Made by a program: the position numbers and the translations under genes
Notes under the pieces: model-generated
What the model saw: only the letters and a program-made list of their open reading frames with translations
What the model was told of the DNA's origin: nothing
The model's database searches: none
Assembly: GCA_030867685.1 (NCBI GenBank)
Contig: JAQOWU010000008.1
Coordinates: forward strand, 2,170,001 to 2,234,000
Length of the DNA stretch: 64,000 nt
Reading direction: 5' to 3'
Source of the DNA: Wickerhamiella versatilis
Taxonomy: Eukaryota
Shown: piece after piece, positions 10,801 to 19,695 of the stretch
Layout: each line of letters opens with the position of its first letter
Position numbering within the stretch: position 1 is the first letter of the stretch

Positions 10801-12085
10801 AACGAGACTTACCACTATCATGTGTGTCAATATGAGAAGAAGTCACAGGTATCTCAATTATTGGGGTATGATACTGCTGTGGTGCTGTAGATAGCTCATG
10901 ACTCTTTCTGCTTCGTACATTAGTGCGAGCAGATCCAGGCCTTTTGTGGGAAACCTCATTTGTCCTGTACCTTCTAGGTTGCAAGTGCTTGAGAGATAAG
11001 CTTCCTTTTTTCCACTTGTTCAAGGTACGTTGCGCTTCATTGTTCCCGGAAAATAACTTACGATTGGGACTCTCATCCACCCTAGATCCTCTTGAACGAG
11101 CTGTTCTGGCCGCAACCTTTAGCGCCCTACTTGCACCTGAACCATAATGTGATGCGACATCTACAACAGATATTCTTGATGGTTTTTTTGGAAGACGCTC
11201 TGATGGATCACCCGATCCTCGTGGTTTTAAGGATCTAGAAGTGGCACTTGATTTCTGAGGACCATTTCTGACACGTCTTTGTTGTTCTTTCTCTTTCTGC
11301 TCATTACTTTGTTTTACTTGGAACGAGTTTGTTCTCTCCGGATGTGCAGACTTGGATGCAGGTAAGGTCGTTTTCACTCTTCTAGCCCCCACTGGTCTCC
11401 TCTCTATCTCACCTTGGTCACTACCGCCGTTATCATACAATGATTGCTCTACTGAATCACCATCCAGAGTACTAACGCTGCTACTTGAGTCCGACTCACC
11501 ATCCGAATCGGAAGAAAAGTTCTGATGCTGTCTGGAGGCCGGTGATGAGCCATCAGGCGGAGATTCATTATCAGGGACATACTCATCACTTTCTTCATCA
11601 TCAGCGTAACGAATCCTCTCATTTTGAAATGATTGATTTCTTAAACGGTCCAACGTGAAAATATACTTTTGCTCAACTGTGCGTTTTCGCAAATTGTATC
11701 TGCCATGATGTTCAGAGTCTTTAGATTGCTCTTTATCCTCACTACTTGGAAAACCAGTTCGTCTTCGTTTCGGTTCTCTTGAAGAGGTTGATAAATAGGA
11801 TGCACTTTCCTCCTCTAATGGGGGATCTATCACAACATTATTACTGTCTCCCACTTCTCCAGGAAGCGAATCATTCTTCAAAGATTCAGGCAGAGAATCA
11901 TCATCGATAATTCTCCTTCTTGGCCTCGATATTGAGTTTGGAGACTTTCTTTGATTAAACTCCGAGACCTCTAAAGGCGGTGCTTCTGGAACACTATCAG
12001 GTACAATTAATCCTTTCGAGCCTACAGGCGAAAGTAATGGTAATTCATCCTCTGAATCCGATACAATCCCTCCTTCTAGCACCAT
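7892..12085 (-). CDS. MMS22: Mms22/Mus7-like replication-stress repair protein
   Basis: 1397 aa, disordered N-terminus with an RYNLRKRT..Q.Y motif, helical C-terminal half (SHAAIRLKAVSAW), and MCB boxes upstream. Confidence 0.65.
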   Translation of the reverse strand: MVLEGGIVSDSEDELPLLSPVGSKGLIVPDSVPEAPPLEVSEFNQRKSPNSISRPRRRIIDDDSLPESLKNDSLPGEVGDSNNVVIDPPLEEESASYLSTSSREPKRRRTGFPSSEDKEQSKDSEHHGRYNLRKRTVEQKYIFTLDRLRNQSFQNERIRYADDEESDEYVPDNESPPDGSSPASRQHQNFSSDSDGESDSSSSVSTLDGDSVEQSLYDNGGSDQGEIERRPVGARRVKTTLPASKSAHPERTNSFQVKQSNEQKEKEQQRRVRNGPQKSSATSRSLKPRGSGDPSERLPKKPSRISVVDVASHYGSGASRALKVAARTARSRGSRVDESPNRKLFSGNNEAQRTLNKWKKGSLSLKHLQPRRYRTNEVSHKRPGSARTNVRSRKSHELSTAPQQYHTPIIEIPVTSSHIDTHDSGKSRSKKRRSDVASSKPKKSLSPRSRGLTVSHHDLRNIGFFSHLKFNLSTMYGSNTLDLLDAPLMWTVETGPMGFGCDILTSQDEINASIKDIMHVMKGDAGDIDLQLYDSIYAWLLRLVGHYIDDRQIVEPAVRRHVAHSLAQLAHNVVGLQTTGLRTPLKLVVILASALFTKGASKRDLRSLHDFFITQKAAAKVIFDSLDEIIREINASSHKSVVGRLYPGLELLLMSKRLGILTDPEKIDYSWPLILILAEARKPDYDWKAVRRYTRPPLLSLESSRIALQGCIKLMTICDWPPCVDVVIDFFLWHAKHNHYADPRGEYIGLPDFLWTDHPVDWDAPEYHLYLHLLAITLSKLRANGDISGARRVYNRVNPLGTLSFPETEPVTVSRLSQASQQYGTLLVILRHGVPECRPSVLQIRELVQLRGSHAAIRLKAVSAWAATTYIIGHEEAEECRNWLKDLAIYSHWEDHDVWNELARKSESLVRSGYHVICPELFLGLVAQPLRVQRRMWSLISVLVDRHATRDLRECVAGPLLGHFSKVEPTEYDVSQWIPVALILDLVEWPNDETRPLLFAGLVFKGTHIVEIVTEALRGTVSPTWLYEPRLYAAISENWGGIQSQWTAKNRKPLMSVFVSFLAKAGRTKQLSDALVLAKGYYRSSETSTDYENTVVRPLRRLIFEHVPSMAASHRWFDDSHAMDVEVALFQLRAPQRHLLWFLSQKLRRSLVFDRGRSFVEDISDAWLSISTPGIAVEAFDNLVDALIMFFKLALWHMSILIGVLPLAVQVIRRCIDGSSLPVSAEKILVAGFKVLNWCIRARVPASTILHCELYELGLSQLRYEWIHQHKTNIHIGLWSYDWRLRRFQDGFLYRPPHDPLQNAFPYSAETVQPVYEAVSGIDFVPEDPPRDTFEALRHRLRDASVAVEIESDLDKEVIDVLDDDSAEYLLVPAQDPMAWIDDSEPAGVGWRPVPNI

Positions 12086-12089
12086 ACGG

Positions 12090-12103
12090 ACGCGTTCACG
12101 CGT
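12090..12103. promoter_or_regulatory. Two MCB elements (ACGCGT) next to the MMS22 ATG
   Basis: ACGCGT at 12090-12095 and 12098-12103. Confidence 0.7.
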
Positions 12104-12188
12104 CTGAAGTCAAAATTAGCTAATGAAGCTGTCTATCTTAGTACCCAGACAAGAGTGAGAAAAATTACATAATTGCAAGTTTATTCTG

Positions 12189-14468
12189 ATGGCCGGAGGA
12201 TCTGTGCTGAAACGGCTCAAAACCGATCTTGAAAAGCATGGTCTCAGACAAGACAAAAAGAAAAAGCGCAATAAGGATGGAGTGAAAGCACAGAAGGATC
12301 ACGATAGGCGTGTTCTCTCATCCATCCGTGATGCATTCAGCCCGTTTGATGTCAAGGCCACCCGTCACAAATCACCTGCTATAAATGTTGACAGCCAAAT
12401 TGGAAGGCCTGATAGGTCAAAATTATCCGCCGAGCAGGAGCGAAAACGTACTTATCAGGCTGAGAAAAGACTTAAGGGTAGAGTTGGAGGTGTGCTTGAC
12501 CGACGTTTCGGTGAACGGGACGGGTCGATGAGTGCTGAGGATAAAATGGTTGCGCGTTATGCCCGTGAAAAGCTCCTTAGAACGCAAAAATCTGCCCGAT
12601 TTAACTTAGAAGATGATGCTGACGATGCTGAAGAATTGACGCTCACACATGGTGGCCAAGCATTGTCATTCGAGGATGATTTTCAGGAAGATATGAAGGA
12701 AGATTCGGACAGCCTAGAGGAGCCTTCGTCTGAAAGACAAAGACAAAGCGTAGGTTCAGAGGCGGTACCTGAGGAGCCTGAAGAGCCTGAGCGAAAAAAG
12801 ACCAAGGCTGAGGTTATGCAGGAAGTGATCTCCAAATCCAAGATGCACAAGGCAGCTCGCCAACAAGCAAAATCTGAAGATCAGGACCGAATAGATGAGT
12901 TGAATGAGGATTTCGATTCGCTTTTAAACGAGCTTCGTGAGGCTGACCAGACTGGTGCGCCTGACAACAAGATTGCTCAGGATGAATATGATCAGCATGT
13001 GCGTGAAATGGCTTTTGATAGACGTGCGCAGCCTGGAGATCGTACAAAGACCGAGGAAGAGTTGCGTGAAGAGGCTGAGGAAAAGCGTAAGAAGCTTATG
13101 CAGGAACGCCAGCAGCGTATGGAGAACCAAGACCTTTCAAAAGGTGAGAGAGATGATGCAGAGCTTTTTGGATTGCATGATGATCCAGATGAAGTTCTGA
13201 GTGGTTCTGAATCTGAAACATCGCATTCTTCTTCGGAATCAAAATCTGAAGATGAAGATGAAGCTGAAGCTGAATCACAGGCTGATGAAACTCCTGATCA
13301 GAACTTCGTGGCTCCTCAATCGTATAAGGAGCTTGTGGCAGCTCTGGGCGATGTGAACCAGATTGAGAACCTCAAAATCCTTTTACGTGCGTTAGCGCCA
13401 TCCAAAAAAGCGGGAAATAAAGAGAAGCTGGGGACAGTTGTCGTTCTAATGGCCAAATATGCCACTAAGTGCTCCGCCTCTCAGTTTCCAGAGGTTTTGA
13501 CTTTGGTCAGGGAATATGCATCGGACTTTGAAATTGAGTTGGGTCGAGCTTTTAGGCGTGCTCTTATTCGCATGAACCAGAAACCTCAACTGGGCAAATC
13601 AGACCTCGTTTTGTTGTCTCTTATTTCTGCCCTGTTCTCAACTTCTGATCAGTGGCATCCAGTGGTAAATGTCGCTCAGATTTTAATAGCAAAACGACTC
13701 TCCTCGAGCGTTAGTGTTGAAGAATGTGGTGTTTGCCTGGCTCTTTGTGATATAAACTTGGTTTATCAGCGTATTGCGAAGCGATATGTGCCTGAAGTAG
13801 CAGGATACCTTTTGAGAGTGCTATCAGCAGCCTCGGATATCAGAGTCTCAGCTAGATACGTAAGACCACTGGAAGGGAGTATCACTGTGTCGAAGGACTT
13901 CAGTGCCTTAGAAATTGAGCCAAGTGAGATTGGCAAATCATTGGATGCAAATCAGATTGTCCTAAGATCTGCTGCGCTAGTAGACAAATCATCCACGCTC
14001 TGGAGAAGCCTTCCAGCCTTTATAGAGGTTTTTGAGCCTTTGCATGCATCTCTGGCAAAACTTCCGCGTAATGAAATGATTGAAGGCATTATGGACCGAT
14101 TACGCCGCATTTTGACGATCAAGCGAAGTGAACTACAGCCTCTCCGTCTGCAGGACATGCAGCCTGTCGCTTTGCGCATGAAGTTGCCACTCTTTGAAGA
14201 AAACTTCAACCCAGAAAACAAAGCACACACGAAGGATCCCGCTCAGCGTGAGCTGCAGAAATTACGTGCTTTGCACAAGAAAGAGCGTAAGAGTACTCTT
14301 AGAGAAATTCGCCGTGACACAGAATTCGAGGCCCGTGAACGTCTTAGCGAGACGCGTGATGAGAAGGCCAAATATCATGAGATGTTGCGCAAGGTTACTT
14401 CGCAGATCAATTCTGAAGAGGGGGCTGAGAAAAATGCATATGAGCGCGAGAAGCAAAAGCACCGATAA
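12189..14468 (+). CDS. NOP14: Nucleolar protein Nop14 (SSU processome)
   Basis: GGVLDRRFGE, LTHGGQAL, KTKAEVMQEVISKSK, FSTSDQWHPV and KKERKSTLREIRRD motifs. Confidence 0.95.
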   Translation: MAGGSVLKRLKTDLEKHGLRQDKKKKRNKDGVKAQKDHDRRVLSSIRDAFSPFDVKATRHKSPAINVDSQIGRPDRSKLSAEQERKRTYQAEKRLKGRVGGVLDRRFGERDGSMSAEDKMVARYAREKLLRTQKSARFNLEDDADDAEELTLTHGGQALSFEDDFQEDMKEDSDSLEEPSSERQRQSVGSEAVPEEPEEPERKKTKAEVMQEVISKSKMHKAARQQAKSEDQDRIDELNEDFDSLLNELREADQTGAPDNKIAQDEYDQHVREMAFDRRAQPGDRTKTEEELREEAEEKRKKLMQERQQRMENQDLSKGERDDAELFGLHDDPDEVLSGSESETSHSSSESKSEDEDEAEAESQADETPDQNFVAPQSYKELVAALGDVNQIENLKILLRALAPSKKAGNKEKLGTVVVLMAKYATKCSASQFPEVLTLVREYASDFEIELGRAFRRALIRMNQKPQLGKSDLVLLSLISALFSTSDQWHPVVNVAQILIAKRLSSSVSVEECGVCLALCDINLVYQRIAKRYVPEVAGYLLRVLSAASDIRVSARYVRPLEGSITVSKDFSALEIEPSEIGKSLDANQIVLRSAALVDKSSTLWRSLPAFIEVFEPLHASLAKLPRNEMIEGIMDRLRRILTIKRSELQPLRLQDMQPVALRMKLPLFEENFNPENKAHTKDPAQRELQKLRALHKKERKSTLREIRRDTEFEARERLSETRDEKAKYHEMLRKVTSQINSEEGAEKNAYEREKQKHR

Positions 14469-14595
14469 ACTTTTATTTTATTTATTGCTAGCTGGTTTTT
14501 AAACAACTAAGTATTATTGCAGCTTTGGATGCAGTTTTAAAATGACTTATACACCTAGTACTGTGATAGTGGCCCATAATTACATCGTATCATCA

Positions 14596-16572
14596 TTACC
14601 TGGGAGGCCTTCCATCTGTCTTGTACAAATTGTTTAACAAACCAAGAACACCGTTATTAGATACGCTCTCCTCGTCGGCATCAGCTTCGGAAGAAAACAG
14701 CCCACTTATATCCTCACTGGCGCTTGAGCGAGGTTCCGGAGCCCAAGACCTTGTGGCGGGCATTGCTTCCTCGGCTACGGGACTTAAATTACGAAGACGG
14801 TCGTACTGGCCCATCACGCTTTTGTCCAAAGAAGGTGATCCCGCTTGTGAACTGTGAGTGGTGGACAATCCAAGACCCCTGGATTCGGGTGGGCCGTATA
14901 TATCCATAAAATTCAGGTAAGATTTCAGCATCTTCCCATCCTCAGTAGCATAGTATCTGTCTAAAGCATCAGACCTGGCCTTAACCTTAGCTGCCTGGTC
15001 AACGTTGAACTGGGCATAAGAACAAACGTATCCTAGCTCATCCACGTGAACACTAGATTCTCTGAAAAAATCAACAATCCTCTCTGCCCGCTTAGGAAGT
15101 TGATACCAGAGCAAGAAGGGGTTGATAAATATCGATGCTAAGTCGCGAAGAAGTATCTTCACCTTTAGATCATAAAGATTGCAGAAGTCTGCCTTCACAC
15201 GACGATTGTGAAGACCCATGGTCTCCCAATCCTCTGGTAAATAATGCGTGAACTCCACGATTTGGCGCATTGCGGTATCAGGCTGGAATATTGCCGCCTC
15301 AGAATTGGTCATGCCACGGGCCACTGCAATTACGATACTTAGCGCCGCTATATAAAACCCTGAGCTTTTTCCTTTGATATGAAGATTCACCACTGACTCG
15401 GGATCAACCAAAGCTACCACACCAAGAACAGCGACCAGCGCTGAAGCAACGAAAACGACAAACCTCAGTACAATTTCAGTCTTCTCATTGGGAAACTGTG
15501 AGATATAACGAATGGCTGGCTTCTCGCTCATGCTTAAGCGGCGCCTAAATAAATGATAGAGCTCATTGAGCTCTCTAAACTTCCATTCTGCCAACGGAAT
15601 GTACCTCCGGGTCCCTAAATATGTCGGATTGGATCTATAGTCATTGAAGTAGCGAAAGAAATAATATAGAGTCATGTATACGACTGCAGCAGGCGCAAAC
15701 AACACGTTCATTAGGGCAACAAACTGGAACCTCCTACGTAACCCGGCAGCAAGGACAGATCGCTTTGTCTCCTTTAAAAAAGTTGGTCGTAGTTGGCCAC
15801 GAGAATTAAACACATAGTCCATAATACAAAGTGAAATATTCCACTCCAGAGTCTTCGTGAGAAACTTGTATTGGCCAACCAATGGCAACGTAATATTCAG
15901 ATCCATAACATCCTTGTTGTATAGAGATATAAGGTAATTTTCTTTCCTCATGATGCGATTCACTATGGAATGTGCATCAAGAGCTCGCTTCCTTGATGTG
16001 GCTAGATTCAAATTCTTGAGTTTTGATATGCGCTCCACGACTATCTGCCAACTAATTGTCTGCACATCACTCTCAGAGATTCCGAGAAGGTACGTATAGA
16101 AATCGTGGATTTCCCATAGCCTTCGGATATCACCCACATATGAAAAGCACTTAGCAAACCAGAGTGCCCCAAATACCCATAATGCAAGCTTATGAGGAAT
16201 ACTTAGCCCACTAAGGCATGCATTTCTTTGCGCATCGCCAACATTGCTAACTTGGCCACTGACTAGTTTTGCAAAATCAATACAAGCCGTCAGATACGTC
16301 GTAAACCCCACAACAAATAGGACTGTAAGCATGTTGAGTATGCGCTGAATTAATATGCACCAGAATCCTTTATCCAGGAAGTATTGATAAACGTCCTGGA
16401 AGAAAACATCGAGGTTATCAACATTGGCCCAGCACCACTCAGCAAGCTCGCGCGGACCTACCGCTGTAGCACCCTCTGCAATTGGCAGTATAGAGGCCCT
16501 CCTCTCTTGCTGAACAACAAAACTCGGTGTCGCATCCCCGTCCTCGAGATCGCGATAGACCGAGTGCTCCAT
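14596..16572 (-). CDS. ATG9: Autophagy lipid scramblase Atg9
   Basis: WANVDNLDVFFQDVYQYF, LDAHSIVNRIMRKENY, WKFRELNELYHLF, VHVDELGYVCSYAQF and DGKMLKS motifs. Confidence 0.96.
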   Translation of the reverse strand: MEHSVYRDLEDGDATPSFVVQQERRASILPIAEGATAVGPRELAEWCWANVDNLDVFFQDVYQYFLDKGFWCILIQRILNMLTVLFVVGFTTYLTACIDFAKLVSGQVSNVGDAQRNACLSGLSIPHKLALWVFGALWFAKCFSYVGDIRRLWEIHDFYTYLLGISESDVQTISWQIVVERISKLKNLNLATSRKRALDAHSIVNRIMRKENYLISLYNKDVMDLNITLPLVGQYKFLTKTLEWNISLCIMDYVFNSRGQLRPTFLKETKRSVLAAGLRRRFQFVALMNVLFAPAAVVYMTLYYFFRYFNDYRSNPTYLGTRRYIPLAEWKFRELNELYHLFRRRLSMSEKPAIRYISQFPNEKTEIVLRFVVFVASALVAVLGVVALVDPESVVNLHIKGKSSGFYIAALSIVIAVARGMTNSEAAIFQPDTAMRQIVEFTHYLPEDWETMGLHNRRVKADFCNLYDLKVKILLRDLASIFINPFLLWYQLPKRAERIVDFFRESSVHVDELGYVCSYAQFNVDQAAKVKARSDALDRYYATEDGKMLKSYLNFMDIYGPPESRGLGLSTTHSSQAGSPSLDKSVMGQYDRLRNLSPVAEEAMPATRSWAPEPRSSASEDISGLFSSEADADEESVSNNGVLGLLNNLYKTDGRPPR

Positions 16573-16948
16573 GAGTCAACTCTCTCTAAGCGGGCTGAGC
16601 TCTGAGGCGTATGATATCCATGTCGGCACTCGTTATCACCTAATAAGCGACTCTTGATGTTTGCCACAGAGTTAGTCTATGATAGATATCAAATAAGACT
16701 TTCACTTTGACGAATTGTAAAGCCAACTATTCTAAACGGAGCATATCATATGTATTGAGCCTGAGTCATGGAGAGTGTTGAAATCATTCGATAATCCTAG
16801 GTTAATTTTGAACACCTTTGGAGAATTAGCTCTTAGCATAAGCATTCCCCTTCCTACAAAGTATAATTCCACTATTCTTCTATCTACAATGCCACCGTCA
16901 ATAGTTAGTGGGTGTTGCGCTGCCGATTTGACTAATCAAAGACTATCG

Positions 16949-17485
16949 ATGCCGGTTCAGCATTCAAGCTTTAACACATCGCAGGATATGCGTATAATTG
17001 GAAACTTTCCATTACTACCACTAAGAACCAGAGTACGTGGTCCTGCGTTTCCGACTGATGAGTATGACATCCTGGATGAGGTGGTTGATTTATTCCGTGT
17101 CAATAGTTTCTTCCGCAACTTCGAGATTAAGGGACCAGCAGATCGGGCCTTAATATATGGTATCCTGTTTGTAAATGAGTGCTTGACGAATCTCCGAAAA
17201 ACCACACCTCTGACTGAGGCGAATAAACAGTTAAACATAATCGCCAGCGATAACTTCAGCTTGCCAGGTGAGCCAAGCTTTCCTCTCAATTCAATTTATG
17301 CCCCGCCAGGCAACAGAGTTGAGAGCGATACATTATGGAGCTATCTTTCCCAGTTCCGTCAGGAGCTTGCTGCCAGGCTGATTGCATATGTCTATGCCAC
17401 CGACCAGCAAGCGCCCTCAAAATATTGGCTTGCGTTCAGCCGAAAGCGCTTTATGAACCTAAGTTTGCGTGAAGCTACTGTTTAG
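16949..17485 (+). CDS. ARC18: Arp2/3 complex 21-kDa subunit (ARPC3)
   Basis: MPVQHSSF start matches the family N-terminus. FRVNSFFRNFEIKGPADRALIYG and PSKYWLAFSRKRFMN motifs. An in-frame upstream ATG also exists at 16889. Confidence 0.93.
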   Translation: MPVQHSSFNTSQDMRIIGNFPLLPLRTRVRGPAFPTDEYDILDEVVDLFRVNSFFRNFEIKGPADRALIYGILFVNECLTNLRKTTPLTEANKQLNIIASDNFSLPGEPSFPLNSIYAPPGNRVESDTLWSYLSQFRQELAARLIAYVYATDQQAPSKYWLAFSRKRFMNLSLREATV

Positions 17486-17568
17486 TTGGCATCTTTTAAC
17501 CTCAAAGCCATAGATTTCCTCTATATTACTTGAGTGTTCTCAAGTTTAAATTAAAAGCAAAGACCTTT

Positions 17569-19695
17569 TTAAGAGTTTCGAACTGTCTTGGACTTTTTCT
17601 TGACTTCGACATTGCCATAATAATAGTGAGGCACAACATCACGGATCCAGCTTGGATCTACATACAAACAGCCGCGCATAAATTCTCGTGATGTCAACAC
17701 TAGTTCATGGTATAATATAAAGTCAGGGTATTCCCCATAGAGAGACGAAGACGGGTGTATTGCAACACCTGAAGTTTGTGATGCTGTGTATGTGCGAGTT
17801 GCTTTGTTTAGTCGAGCTGTATGCTGAAAAAATCCAGCTATATATGCTTTCTGTAAGCCTTTGGAAGTAACGGCTTTCTCAGCGCTTCTCAGTCCTAGAC
17901 GTTTGCACTGGCCTAATAGTTGTGATCTCACATCACGCGCTCTTCTCATAGCTTTGACTTGGACAAAGTGATCTTTGCACCATTGTGGACTCTCTCCCGA
18001 GGCTCGCCATTGGTCCCATATGCCTAAAAGTGTGAGCTGGTCCCCACCATCCACTTTCATTGATGCATGCACTCTATCCGCCTCTTCCCTTCGTGCCTTA
18101 GGGCGATAAAAGAGCTGACCCAGCTCTCCAAGAAGCGCTATAGAGGTGACGACCTCATCGAGACACCCAAACTCTGCTCCCGCTATTACCGTTCGAGCCA
18201 TCTGGGGGTCTAACGGAAATTCTACCATTTTGTGGCCTAGTTTTGTTAACCGGCATTGAGAATCGACGGCCCCTAGGGCATAAAGAAGCTCAAGAGACTT
18301 GATGATTGCCTCAACAGGCGGGGAGTCGATAAAACCAAATTCCAACACATTCTCCACACCTAATGAGAGAAGAAGAAGTACAGTACTTGCTAGATTTGTC
18401 CTTAGGATTTCTGGAGTAGTCTCTGCCTGCAGGTCGTGGCACCAGCTCTGCTTTGTGTATAGCCGAAAGCAATGACCAGGCCCAGTCCGTCCAGCTCTAC
18501 CAGCCCGTTGATTACCAGAAGCTTTTGAAGTTTCCCGCGTCAAAAGGCTCTCAACTCCCGACCTTGCACTCCAAGAAAGCTCCTTGACAAACCCAGGATC
18601 GATCACATACTTTATTCCATCAATCGTCAACGAAGTTTCCGCGATGTTCGTCGCTAGCACAATTTTTCGGCAATTAGCAGGTGTAGTATCAAAGATTTTT
18701 CTTTGGCTGTCAGGAGACAGGTTTGCGTAAACGGGTGCAACCAACATATCTCGTACACTACCACCAAGCATAGCCCTTATTTCTTGTATTCTATCCTCCA
18801 GGGATTCAATTTCTTCTTGTCCCGGCAGAAACACTAGTATATCTCCAGGAATATCCTGGGTAGCATGTATTTGAAAGATGGTGACGAGCGCTGCGTGCAT
18901 CCAGTTCTTCTCTGGATATTTCGTATAATGAATGGTGATTTTGTGCCTGCGGCCGGGTACTGTGTATATAGGGGCCGAGTCTAAATACTTTGAAAACTTT
19001 TCACTGTTCATTGTCGCAGAAGAAATAATTAATCGCAGATCAGGGCGCCGGCTATGGCATAACTCTCTTAGAAGACCCAACAGAATATCTGTATGCAGTG
19101 TTCTCTCATGTGCCTCGTCAACCATTATAGCATTATACTTTGACAGCAGGGGGTCAATCAGCAATTCCCTCAAGAGCATACCATCAGTAAGATATTTAAC
19201 TTCAGTGCGCTCACTACTACGATCTTCAAATCGGATTGTGTAGCCAACTGTATCACCTAGCTTGCAATGCATCTCCTGAGCCACCCGGGAAGCAACTGAC
19301 ATTGCTGCTAACCGTCGTGGTTGTGTACAAGCGACCTTATAGCCCGCTTGATGTAAGAATTGGGGTAGTTTCGTGGTCTTACCAGAGCCGGTCTCACCAC
19401 TGACTATTACAACTTGATTTTCAGCAATTAGACGCAGGAGCTCATCACGATGGTGACTTACTGGCAATTCAATTGCTTCTTCTATTTCAGCCTCATCCTC
19501 ACTATCGGATCCAGATGATGCGATATCAGAGCTGGTATCAAAATCTAACTCCCGAGACTCATCCAAAACAAACTCATAATCATCCTCATCATCCTTCCCG
19601 TGGTCCTCTTCAACTTGGACCTTCGAAAGCTGTGTAGCTTCCCAAGACCGCTTGGCTCCTCTCACTGTGTGTTTAGTAATCGAAGCCGCCACCAT
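17569..19695 (-). CDS. PRP2: DEAH-box spliceosomal helicase, Prp2/DHX16-like
   Basis: GETGSGKTT, TQPRR, DEAH, SAT, ATNIAETSLT and QRAGRAGR motifs plus HA2/OB domains. N-terminal DDYEFVLDE..LDF resembles DHX16/Cdc28. The only ATG before the helicase core is at 19695. Confidence 0.8.
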   Translation of the reverse strand: MVAASITKHTVRGAKRSWEATQLSKVQVEEDHGKDDEDDYEFVLDESRELDFDTSSDIASSGSDSEDEAEIEEAIELPVSHHRDELLRLIAENQVVIVSGETGSGKTTKLPQFLHQAGYKVACTQPRRLAAMSVASRVAQEMHCKLGDTVGYTIRFEDRSSERTEVKYLTDGMLLRELLIDPLLSKYNAIMVDEAHERTLHTDILLGLLRELCHSRRPDLRLIISSATMNSEKFSKYLDSAPIYTVPGRRHKITIHYTKYPEKNWMHAALVTIFQIHATQDIPGDILVFLPGQEEIESLEDRIQEIRAMLGGSVRDMLVAPVYANLSPDSQRKIFDTTPANCRKIVLATNIAETSLTIDGIKYVIDPGFVKELSWSARSGVESLLTRETSKASGNQRAGRAGRTGPGHCFRLYTKQSWCHDLQAETTPEILRTNLASTVLLLLSLGVENVLEFGFIDSPPVEAIIKSLELLYALGAVDSQCRLTKLGHKMVEFPLDPQMARTVIAGAEFGCLDEVVTSIALLGELGQLFYRPKARREEADRVHASMKVDGGDQLTLLGIWDQWRASGESPQWCKDHFVQVKAMRRARDVRSQLLGQCKRLGLRSAEKAVTSKGLQKAYIAGFFQHTARLNKATRTYTASQTSGVAIHPSSSLYGEYPDFILYHELVLTSREFMRGCLYVDPSWIRDVVPHYYYGNVEVKKKSKTVRNS

